Shown piece after piece: positions 41,235 to 52,644 of a DNA stretch of 64,000 nucleotides. Made by a program: the position numbers and the translations under genes. The first letter of the stretch is position 1; each line of letters opens with the position of its first letter. Location: contig JBEWZL010000243.1 of NCBI GenBank assembly GCA_045837725.1, forward strand, positions 186,001 to 250,000. Reading direction: 5' to 3'. Source of the stretch: Vermamoeba vermiformis. Its lineage: Eukaryota. A model generated the notes under the pieces. The model worked only from the letters and a program-made list of their open reading frames with translations. It made no database searches and was not told the DNA's origin.

Positions 41235-41993
41235 ATGTCTACCTTATTTGTAATTGTCGGTAAAAATGACAAACCGTTATACAGTTTCGAATATTCTGAT
41301 GCAAAGGTAAGATCTCCCTTAAATAAACTACAACAATTTTAAAATATTTCACAATGTCGCTTTATATTCCCGATAGCATACTGACTTCTCTCCTTGCTTT
41401 ATTGAACGAAATAGAATTAATTTTATTATTACAGAAATTTTCAGCCAAGGACGAGACCTATCTGAACCACTTTATCATACACTCTTCATTAGATATTGTA
41501 GAAGAGACTGTTTGGAAAAATAATGCAATGTAGGCGAACAGCATGACGTGACGGATCGGAGGAAATAACTAATTAACAACTGCTAGGTATTTAAAGACAA
41601 TAGACCGCTACGGTGCTCTCAATATCTCATCTTATGTTAGCCCGAGTCGTATCCTAATCACATTAGTTGATATACAATGATTTACGTGCTATTGATTTTG
41701 ACATTCGTCCCTCCATATTCCCTTGACTCCTATTGCCTCTAGATGTTAAATTCATGCTGCTACACAATCTCAAGAACGAAGACGCGATTAAGAACTTTTT
41801 TGTCGATGTGCAAGAGCTCTATTTGAAGGTAAGCATGTCGTGCCTATACTGCTGTCTTCGTGCACCCTTCACGAGCTAACTACGTGCTGTATCTCAGATT
41901 CTGATGAACCCGTTCTACGAGGTCAACACGCCCATCACCTCCAAAGTGTTCGATGATCGAGTCAAACAATTGGCCCTCAAAAAGTTGTTCTAG
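41235..41993 (+). CDS. TRAPPC2: TRAPP complex subunit 2 (sedlin/Trs20)
   Basis: [71 protein letters not shown]. Confidence 0.95.
41649..41742 (+). other. U12-type (minor spliceosome) GT-AG intron in TRAPPC2
   Basis: 5' GTATCCTAA; branch TTCCCTTGAC ending 15 nt before the intron 3' end; phase 1 within the His codon of SPS-H-VKF. Confidence 0.85.
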
Positions 41994-42207
41994 ATCTGGC
42001 CCCTCGCACTGTATCATTTTTGTAATATAAATTTGCCGTTTTAACAGTCCCAATCAGAAAGTACCTTAATATTCGAAAGCAAGAATACAAATAGATCGTT
42101 AGTTGTTTTTTTTCTGAACCCAATTCGCCGTTCATGAAAAACTCGTGCTAAAAAGTTGTTTCAAAAACCCCAAAATCATTTTCACTTTTCGTTTCAAACA
42201 AAACACC

Positions 42208-43847
42208 ATGGCAATTCGCAAGCCAATATTTATTTTGTTGGTGAACGTAGTGGTATTTTCCCTACTGTTCTTATTTATGGCTAGCCCTGGAGTCGACGAA
42301 GAAGTTGGTCGCTTCGAGCTTCAAGTGCACAACCACGATCACGACTCTGACTCAGATAAATCCCACCCTATTTTAGAAAATAGTATTTTCCGTGTCACTC
42401 GCCAAGGCAAAGCTTACGACGTTAACAAGGACCCAGAGTGCTGGATTCCTGGTTGTCATGAACGAAATAATAGACATGCTTACGTCGCTTGCAAAAAAAT
42501 TGAAGCCACTGAATTTAATGCTCTTGGTCTCAAGGACGTAGAACGATGGCTCGGAGGAGATTACGTCAATAGTGACTCGTTGTTGCACGATGCGATCAAG
42601 CATTTCTTGCAAGCAATCAAGGTTGATCAATACTGCGCTCAACCATATGCTAATCTTGGCCTTGTTTACTTCCAACTCGGTAGATTCGACGACGCTGCTA
42701 AAGTCTGGGACCAAGTAGGTTTTCATGAATTAATCGAAATAGATCTGTTCAAAATATTGAAATTCTGGAATAATTCCTTTACTTCCCGCGGATATTAATA
42801 CTATACTTATTTTAGGCAATTGAAAATGATAAGGACTTGACTGCTAAAGTTAGCATGTACCGCGGATTTATGGAAGCGTTCAGAGGCAAAGGTGAAGAGT
42901 CGAAGAAACACTTCGCTCAAGCACGCGCAGCTGATCCAGATATTGACCGTCAATACTTGGGTATTCAAGCGGGCTCTCCTGCCGCTCTTCTTGATCTGGT
43001 AAGTACCGTAAATTTCCTTCATTTGCCTAAAACCCCCAAATCTGTTGTTGCTTCGCGCAAACATCGAGCTGACTCCTCTTATAATCAGAGATCATATGGT
43101 GCTCCTGAAGAGAATCAAGCTTTGAGAGACTTCTTGTTTTACAAGGAGTTGGCTCCCATCAGTTTGGGCAACTACGCTTTGCTTGATCCTGGTGTAAGTA
43201 TTCGCTCAATTGTACTGCGATTATGACACGTGTTCTAACTCACGTGGCTGCAGACTCAAGACTTCTTCATTGCCAACCGCTACATGATTATTCGCAAGGT
43301 TTTGCCACCTTTCGTCTTGCGTGCTTTACAACGCTGTGTCCGCTCTCAAATCACGAACAAGAAGTTGAAACTCGGCGACGGCCAATCGAAGCGTTACGTC
43401 ATGTACAACGATAGATGCAGCCGTTGGGTGCACTACCAATTGCCGGATCTGGTGCGACGAGTGATTGCTCACAACGCACGTCCTTCGTACACCTACTTTG
43501 GTGGTTACGTTGCTGACAGCGAGCTCACACCGCACACTGACCGCGCTCAGTGCGAGTTCACCATGTCCCTCACCATCGAGCATCACCCCCACAACGCGAC
43601 TTGGCTCTTGTCTTTGGGCAAGAAGCCTTTGTTCGATCGCGACGACAACTTTGTCGGCAAATACCCCGAGCAGATGCCTCCTGAGGACGAAATCGTCGAT
43701 GCTGACTTGTACGCCGGTGATGCACTCTTGTTTATGGGTCGTCACTTGGTGCACTTCCGTCGCGGCAAGTTGCCTGAAGGTCAATGGACCAATCAAGTCT
43801 TTTTGCACCACGTGCAAGAAGGATTCACTAAGGGACTTGGCAAGTAA
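42208..43847 (+). CDS. Signal-anchored TPR plus 2OG-Fe(II) dioxygenase
   Basis: N-terminal TM segment; TPR (AIKHFLQAIKVD..AQPYANLGLVYFQLGRFDDA); HxD (LTPHTDRAQCEFTMSL) and distal His (AGDALLFMGRHLVHFR...QVFLHHV). Confidence 0.8.
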
Positions 43848-44034
43848 ATTAATAGCCTGGCCAATGCCCTGTGTAATGTTTATAGTCTCAATAAAACCAA
43901 TTTTGTATATAACACTCGTGGAGCTTCATGAAACAAAAAGCTTGTCTTAAATTTGAACAGGGTTTTTTATTTTATGATGCACAAGCGCAAAACTATTAAT
44001 CGTTGAATAGCATATATTACGATGTATATTTAAC

Positions 44035-45900
44035 TTATTTAGGCAACAAAGAAGCAATAGCGTCACGTTCTTGCAAAAGTTCTTGGTGAGTCTTTTCCAT
44101 TCGCTCAGCGCTGAAGGGATCGATGGGGAGATCTTGAACAATTTCGTATTTGTTGTTGGAGCAAACAACAGGGTAAGAGTAGTAGAGACCCTGAGTAACA
44201 CCGTATTCACCGTTGGAGTAAACAGCCATGCTGGTCCATTCGCCGTTAGTGCCGTGGATCCAGTCGTGAACGTGGTCAACCAAAGAACCACCAGCAGAGG
44301 CGGCGGATGAAGCACCACGAGCGTTGATGATAGCAGCACCACGTTGTTGAACGGTGGGGATGAAGTTGTCAACGATCCATTTCTCGTCGTTGATGACTTG
44401 CTTGGCAGGCTTGCCGTTGATCAAAGTGTGGGAAATGTCAGGGTATTGAGTGGCGCTGTGGTTACCCCAAATGGCGAAGTGGTTGATATCACCCAACTTG
44501 GCACCAGTCTTGTTAACCAATTGAGCAAGACCGCGGTTGTGATCCAAGCGAGTCATAGCAGTGAAGTTTTGAGCAGGGATAGAAGGAGCATTGCGAGCAG
44601 CAATCAAAGCGTTGGTGTTGGCGGGGTTACCGACGACAGCAACACGAGTGCCTTCCTTCTTACCGACCTTGTTCAAAGCTTGACCTTGAATGGAGAAGAT
44701 CTTGGCGTTCTCCTTCAAGAGGTCAGCACGTTCCATACCCTTGCTGCGGGGCTTGGCACCAACCAACAAAGCCCAGTCAACATTTTCAAAGGCCTTCATG
44801 GGGTCGTCAGTTTGGACAACCTGCGTGGCAGATAATAGGTCAGTGTCAGCCGTACAAATAATTGAGTCGCCATTTTAAGACTTGAACTTCAGCGAGGTAC
44901 TTACACCGTGGAGGAGAGGGAAAGCGCAGTCTTCCAACTCCATAACAACACCCTTCAAGCTGTTCATGGCTTGGGGCAATTCCAACAAGTGCAAAATAAC
45001 GGGAGTGTTAGGACCGAACATTTGACCGCTGAAATTGAATATGAATTAGTTCCTTGTCGATGTATTATGCTAACATTGCCGCAGTAACAGCAAAGCAATT
45101 CGAAGAGTGCTGTACTGTTGTTTGGTGAAAATAAAATATGCTGATCCAGCTTCAAATTGGTAAGTACCTGGCAATTCTGAACAACAAAGAGTAGCCAATT
45201 TGACCAGAAGCACCAGTAACGGCGACGCGAACGGGTTCTCTGTTGTAAGAAGACAAAACAGACTCGGCGAGTTGGTTGAATCTTCTCAAACCGTCAGTAA
45301 CAGCAGAGCTGTCTTGGCCGATTTCCTGCAATATAATAATAAATTATTCTGTACTATATAATATTTTACGCGCCACAAAATGCAAAATAAATACTGCATC
45401 GGACGGATGCGCTCACTCGAGAAATAATCGGGCAAATAATTGTTGTGGCTCTGAATATGACCGCATATATTACTTACAGCAGCCAAGATGTTCTTAATCT
45501 TATCAAAAACGGCCTTGACTTCCTTCTGTTGTGTTTGGAACAAAGTTCCATCTCTTTCAGCTCTCTTCACGTCCTTTTGGAGTTGATCGTAAGCCTTTTG
45601 GGCTTCATCGCTAATTTTGTTGGTCTTAGCAGAGGTGTGGAAAGAAGAAGCAAAGAGGGCCTAACAACAATAAAAATATAAGCAAAATATTTTCGGATGA
45701 AAAAATATCATTCGATTTATTTGTGGCGAAATAATTAATAATTACCTTGCTGGTATTCTTTGAGGCAGTTCTGGTACCTAAAATTATAAAATAAGCATAC
45801 ACACCAGAAATAAAAATACATAGATGCCAGATTTAACGGTAATAAATTACTAACCAGCAGTGGCAACTTGCTTAATAACGTTAGTAGTAAGCTTGTACAT
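44035..45900 (-). CDS. mdh: Malate dehydrogenase (MDH type 2), with mitochondrial presequence and N-terminal extension
   Basis: [84 protein letters not shown] 45900 ([10 protein letters not shown]...SFHTSAK). Confidence 0.93.
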
Positions 45901-46153
45901 CGTTGATATGTTGCTTGAGTAAAAATGGAACAGACAATAAGCAAAAAAACAAACTGAGTTTTATTCACGAGGCGAGACTCAGGTCATATCACCTCGCCAC
46001 TCAGGCCAGTGTCGCGCTTGCCTCGAACTTAAGCACTAGTACACGAGAGTCATAGTTGAATTGGCGTTAATACACTTTGGTTGATTTATTAACAAAAACT
46101 ACACTTTACAAAAAAGAAGCTCGAGATCTGAGCTGGGATGCGGCAATCGGATC

Positions 46154-46825
46154 TTACTCCAATTGCGTGCTGTTATAATACATAGCGTCGCGCAGGTTGC
46201 TCTTTGCCAACTCTTCGCGCAGCCTGGCGTTCTCTCGCTCCAACTCAGCGTTTCGTTGCTCGGCGACGTTCAAGCGGGTTTTCAATTCAGACTACGATAA
46301 TTGTTAGTACAGCTTTGAAGTTGTTGTAGAAAGTCGCCAATGAATAAAGGCCGACTCAAAATTTCTAAATCTGCGATAATGATCTTACATTCTCTAGTGT
46401 CAATTTTTGAATATGACGAACGCGCTTCGGCTCTTGATATAATCTATATCGGGCAGTATTCTCTTCTTTCTCTAATCGTACAAAGTAATTAATACAGAAT
46501 ATTCTTTCGTAATTATTCTTATTTACCTTGAAGGAGTTCTTCGTGCTTATCGGTAAGACTGGCAAGCTCTTGTTCTAAATATTGAATACGTCTTTGTTGG
46601 GCTTGGAAAGCTTCTTTCTTTTTGTAGGCATCTTGATCAGTAATTACACCAGGGGCCATTTTAGTTTTCTTTAATATCGTTAGTACTCCTAAATTACGTA
46701 ATAATTAAACCTACCATAGGAGATTGAAATTGAGGTGCTTTAGGCTTGCCCAGACCGGTGGCCTTGGTCGGAGCTTTGAAGGCGAGAGGCGAGTTCTCAA
46801 TCGCGTTTTCTTTATCCATTAACAT
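46154..46825 (-). CDS. Small coiled-coil protein with N-terminal KEN box
   Basis: Four exons in frame: MLMDKENAIENSP...QQRRIQYLEQEL...LTLENSELKTRLNVAEQRNAELERENARLREEL...*. Confidence 0.65.
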
Positions 46826-47041
46826 GCTCATTGTGAGTGTTAATTAGGTTGGGACTAGTTTCAGGTATGGTTATCGTGACAGAAGTGAACTGTAAAAAGA
46901 AAAAAAACTTTGTTGTTGCTTCGCTCACAACGGTAATATTTTTTGGCGGGCTTTCAATTCTTGTTCCTTTTAGGGAATGGAGGCACAGACTTTTGATTAT
47001 TTTGCAATTTTGTTTCCAAGTATACACACCAGCCGCAAATA

Positions 47042-49630
47042 ATGTCCGTAAAGATCCCCATTGTGTGGCAGGAGAAAGCGGCCAAACTGAGAAGATGGAG
47101 GGTCAGTGTTGGAGAGACAGTGTATGAAGGGCAGGAGTTGGCAGAAATCGAGCCTTTAAACATTGAATTAATCTGCAAGCAAAAGGGGACGATCAGAGAG
47201 CTTCTTGTTCCAAATGGATCTGCACTTGAATCTGGGTATGAATCTACAGACGCCCAGAATATTTTTAAAAATCAAAATTACAAAAAAAAGTAATACTATT
47301 TTAATTATTAATTGTTATACCCTTTCGGATTTTTATTTTAAAATGCTAAAAAGTCGTAACTTTTCCTTGATAAAATACTCACAATGCCTTACTTGCAGCC
47401 AAACAATTGCAATAATAGACTTATGTCCGCATATCAATGTGCATTTGGGTCTGTGTTATGGCTGTGGATTAGACATCAAAGTCCAAAGTGTTACCGTAAG
47501 ATCTGTCCATTGCACTTCATTCAGTCAACCCAATTAACACCGTAAATAGGAGGGCAAAATGAAGCAAATCGAAATCAACAAGCGATTGACGGCGCAAAAG
47601 AAGTTGTCGCTCATTCTAGATCTGGATCACACTCTCTTGCACGCCACTGTTGGTGCACCACTAGCTATACTACCCAACGTCGATAACTTGTTTCCATTTA
47701 AACTCGACGACAGTCCATTTCAGTACTACGTCAAGCTGCGGTATGATGTGAACATTTGTCCTGGCTGCTAATTAACGATTAAAAAGGCCGTTCCTGGAGG
47801 AGTTTTTAAAAGAAGCAGCGCGGTATTATGAGGTGTACATCTACACTATGGGCTCGTACACCTATGCTCAGAAGATTGTGCAAATCATCTCTGAGGCCTG
47901 TCATTTAGGAACCGGATTTTTTGTTAGCAATCGTATTGTGACACGCGATCATACAAAGAGTAAGACAATAGAGGGATTATGAACGATGTGCTAATAGGTG
48001 CTATTAGATGAGGAAGTAAAAGATCTGCGCGCACTCTTTCCAACAGACGACACGCGCGTGATGATCATTGACGACAACAGTCAGGTGTGGACGCATCATT
48101 CGGAGAACTTGATCAAAATATCTCCTTGTAAGACCAATGTCTATTAAGACAAGCTTAATGCTAATCATATCACTAGTTGTATTCTTCATATCTGGCGTCG
48201 AGATCAACACTCCGGCATTCAATGCTGAGAATGAAAAGAGAAAGAAGGTGAGTTGTAATACCATTCAACCTCATTACCGACATAATAACCCGTGCAGGAG
48301 CTCGAGGAGAAAGCCAAAGCAGCGGACAAAGACGGTGCAGCCACAGAGAAAGACAGTGCGGAGATTAAGGAGGACGAAGGCGAGTCTAAAAAGCGTGTCC
48401 GTGACGACAACGAAGAGGAGTTGCCAGCGAGCAAACGAGTCAAGTTGAGTGACGACAGTGCCAGCAGTTCCAGCGACGATGTTTCAACGCACTCGAGCGA
48501 TGCAGATATCGATGCTGAAGAGAACCAAGATGAGGTTCATGAAGCGGAAGAGAACGGCAATGGCGACACTAACGGACAAGAGGAGCACAAGAGTGCTATG
48601 GTAGCTGTGAGTGATGAAGAAGCGAGTGGATCAGGCGACGACATTGAAGCTGCGTCAGTGCTCGAAGAAGATGCACCGTGCATTCACCCAGAGACAGAAG
48701 AGGTCGTGAAAGATGCCGAGGGCAATGTGCTGCCCACGAAAAACAGCGAGGATGACACAGCTGCGAGTGAGACTGTGACACCTGTCAAAGTGACGGCGCA
48801 TCAAGAGCAGACTCTGGCGCAGACTGAACTCAAGTTCCTCGAACATTCACTGCACGACACGTGTCTGTTGTCAGTGCTCTCATTGCTGAAGAATGTTCAC
48901 GCCTCTTATTATGCCAAAGATAATAGTGACTCTGAGCGTGACGTCAAGGTAACAAAACTCAGTGACATTCAAGGAGCTGTTACTAATTCGCGCCTTAGAA
49001 ATATCTTGGTCAAGCCAAGTCGAATATTTTGAAAGGTGCGCACATTGTATTCAGTCACGTTTTCCCACGAGATTCTCAACCCGAGAGGTACACTAGCAGT
49101 GTGAATTGTGCCGCGAATTAATTACCATTTTAGGCAAGAAATTTGGATCATGGCTGAGAAGCTTGGAGCCAAGTGTCAAACAGACTTCACTTCTAAAACT
49201 ACCCACGTGATTGCTCGTGTAGTACGTCACAGATGCCTGTTCAAGCGTGGACTAATGTCCTATTTGTATTTAGAAAGGAACAGACAAAGTGCGCCGAGCA
49301 TTGACCACTCCAGGCGTGTATTTAGTGCGCGAAGAATGGTACGTCACAAAAGCAGCACCTAGTTAACAGTTGTTAATGTTGTGCACAGGCTGGCACGCTG
49401 CTATAAGTTCTGGCGGCACGAGCCTGAAGAGTCCTATCCCTTGGCTGATCTGCCCGTGCAAAGCATACCGCAGAACAAGTCCAACACCAATGTCGCGCAC
49501 AGCACCAGCAACGAGAGCGAGCTTGATGAGGACTTGGAGTCGTCACTGGTACGTAGTCTTTAATGGCTTGTGTCCTGTTAATTGTGTACTGCAGGCATTC
49601 CTCGAACAAGCACTCAACGACGACGAGTAA
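47042..49630 (+). CDS. FCP1: RNA polymerase II CTD phosphatase FCP1/CTDP1
   Basis: Lipoyl-like N-terminal domain, CPH...CYGCG, KKLSLILDLDHTLLHA, YVKLRPFLEEFL, YTMG, IIDD..VW, and BRCT (ILKGAHIVFS, LGAKC, TTHVIA). Confidence 0.92.
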
Positions 49631-49698
49631 TACGACAGCGCAGTGAGCGAGGTCCGTGAGACTAGCTTTAATTCGTATTTACAAGACTTGGTGGCGCG

Positions 49699-50217
49699 TC
49701 AATCAATGCCCGTCACGCGCTTAATAGCCCCCACCACGGCAATGATCGCTAAAGGCAGTGCGAGTCGACTCCATATTGATCGTAGTGATATTGATGGTGG
49801 ATCTAGTGACGACAACGTGTTCTCGTGCGCAGATGTACTTAAAACGGGCTTGGCATCCACATCTACCAGCGGCCCGAGCATGTATTTTTGCATCTCTAAT
49901 AAAGCGTATTGCCCATGCGAGAACTTTGAAAAAGCAGCTGAAGCGTCTTTACCTAATAATATTCTAATTAGCATAATTATCGACTTGTACAGATCCGAGC
50001 AAGCGCTCTCGTAGTCGCGGACTAAACAATGTTTTCTAATGTTTACAAATAAGTGATAATTACCCGCAAAAGGCATAAATATTTCCTTGCCGCCAGGATG
50101 ATCCCTGTAGCCGCTGACATCATAGACCGTATTCTCAATGATGATCCACAGGTCACTCTTGCTGCGATGTTTCTTCACTTCATTGCGCGGTATGTATTTG
50201 ACTCGATATGTGTTCAT
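49699..50217 (-). CDS. Cytochrome b5-like heme-binding protein with C-terminal membrane anchor
   Basis: EVKKHRSKSDLWIIIENTVYDVS..HPGG..AG|KDASAAF..SH; intron 49953-50063; C-terminal TM segment. Start codon uncertain. Confidence 0.82.
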   Translation of the reverse strand: MNTYRVKYIPRNEVKKHRSKSDLWIIIENTVYDVSGYRDHPGGKEIFMPFAGNYHLFVNIRKHCLVRDYESACSDLYKSIIMLIRILLGKDASAAFSKFSHGQYALLEMQKYMLGPLVDVDAKPVLSTSAHENTLSSLDPPSISLRSIWSRLALPLAIIAVVGAIKRVTGID

Positions 50218-51091
50218 TTGCTTGCGAACTAGTTTAAAACAACCGTTTCTTTCTCGGTCTTTTTGCTCCGCCACGGCGCTTCAAGAAATTCCGTTTGAAT
50301 CCGAAGGAAGATTGATCTTTTTATTTTTGATCGCTATTAATCTCACTATCATTGTCATCGAGTTATCGTGCTTTGATTTTAAAGGCTGCTTATTTAAGCG
50401 AAATGTAAGATCTTTTTAACCGAGGTACAATTGTTGAATTTGAGTCAAGTCTTATATTATTATTGACCACAAATAAGGCATGCAGCACATTTAACGAGAT
50501 TATTGGTGGTTGATTATTATTTTGAGATTTTCTTTCAGATCTGATCACTTATTGTCCAGTCTCACAAGCTCTATTTACTATTATTTGCTTTCAGATTTTT
50601 GTACGGAAATTATTGTTATTGACGGTACTGATACATATATTAACGCAATAGTAGTGCAAAGAGGAATCTCAGATCAACGCACCCAACCGAGGTCAGCTCC
50701 CTACTATAGGTATGTATAGACACAGCATCATAGTCACACGTCCCTATAGTCGCAGTGTCGCGTGTTGTGCTCTGCTCGAATGGTTTTGGTCGTTAAACTC
50801 AGCGTGTTATTTGTCTGTTTATTTTGTGTGTGGTTGCAGAGCAGTCTCATAATTGCGTCTGTATATTGTCTCATATAACCTCACTATAGTGCACAAGGTT
50901 AGCAGTTGAATGGAGCATAATTGTAGATTCATTAAACACACCATCTTGGCCCTAATTGATTATAATTTGGATATTACAACGCTATAATTATATTATAATA
51001 TTATATACAATGGTGGATGAGTGTGGATTAATAATAATAATTTTTGGTGATTTTAGTGTCAGATTCTAATCTAATTTTTTTCAACAGTAAA

Positions 51092-52427
51092 ATGTTTGCT
51101 GGACGCAATATTTTGAGTGTAGCAAAGAACTTGCTTAAGAACGACAAGATTACAACTGCTTCTAAGCGATTGGTATGATTATTTAACGTTTGGTAGATGC
51201 ATTCGAACTACCGGCACAGATTTAATATCTACGCACTGAGCAGCATAATAATAATCGACAGTTAATTTAAATAATTAATTTAACCACAAAACACGTTATT
51301 ATGCCTAATACTAACTATTTTTATTTTTGCCATCTACAGTACTCTGTTGAGTCATCGGTAAGTTATTATAACGCGAGCATAATACACAATCTATAATCAG
51401 ATTCAATTTGCAATACAATGCACGGAACAAATACCACCTTTCTGAAAAATAAGCAGCACTTGATCTGTGGATTAACCCTCTTGCTGTAGGCTGCTACAAA
51501 CAACTTCAAATTGTACGCGACTGGTGCACTCTTTTTGGGCGGCAGTGCGACAGCTGTGGCCATGTTGAGCAACAAATTCACTGCTCACGCCTCCAGCGAT
51601 GCTCTCGTGCCCGCGCAACACCCGTGGAGCCACAACAAGCCTTGGGAGTCCTTCGATCACGCTAGGTACGTGTTGCTAGCTGTCATATCTATGTGTTGCA
51701 AGTGCAATTCGCGCTACTGTTGCGCAGTCATTGCAACTCTGCAGCAGTCACGTGACGCGTCTAACACTCTTGCAGCATTCGTCGTGGTTTCCAAGTCTAT
51801 CAAGCAGTGTGCGCTAACTGCCACTCACTCAACTTCATTGCCTACCGCAATCTCGTCGACGTTGCATTCACTGAAGAAGAAGTCAAGGCCATGGCTGCTG
51901 ATGTCGATGTTGAAGACGGTCCCAACGAAGAGGGTGAAATGTTCTCGCGTCCCGGCAAGTTGACTGACAAGTTGCCGCGTCCTTATCCCAACGAGAACGC
52001 CGCTCGTGCCAACAACAACGGCGCGTACCCTGTGGACTTGTCACTCGTGGTCAAGGCCCGCCCTCACGCTGAGGACTACATCTTCTCGCTGCTCACTGGC
52101 TACCGCGAGCCCCCCGCAGGTGTGACAGTGCGTGAAGGTCTGTACTACAACCCGTACTTCGCTGGTGGTGCTATTGCCATGCCGCAACAACTGCGCCCTG
52201 GTGTGTTGACCTTTGACGACGGCACTGAAGCGAGCATCAGTCAGCTCGCCAAGGACGTGACAACTTTCTTGTCCTGGGCTGCTGAACCCACTCACGACGA
52301 GCGAAAACGATTGGGTCTCAAGTTTATGTTCTTGACCACCATCCTCGCCGTCCCAATGCTCTACTGGAAGAAACACAAGTGGGCTACTGTCAAGACCAGA
52401 AAGATTGGCTTCATCAAGCACGAATAA
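51092..52427 (+). CDS. CYC1: Cytochrome c1, mitochondrial
   Basis: Bipartite presequence; PWSH...[60 protein letters not shown]. Confidence 0.97.
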
Positions 52428-52644
52428 GATGTTAGTATATCAATATTGCCTTAAATAATGCCCCTATTCATTCAGCATGTAATCGACTCGAATTATTTTT
52501 GCTTGCTATTAATTTTGTTATATATTCAACAAACGAGTACTTGTTAATTGCTGTGCGTAAAATTAAAAATAATACTTTTGCAACATTGCTGCGTAGTTAG
52601 TGACCAGACCGCTAGAATAAAACAATTGTATTTATTTAGGGTAT

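Noticed and set aside
49953-50063. 37-aa insertion in cytochrome b5 shown by the ORF track
   Set aside because: It is a stop-free 111-nt GT-AG intron; removal restores the AG-KDA motif.
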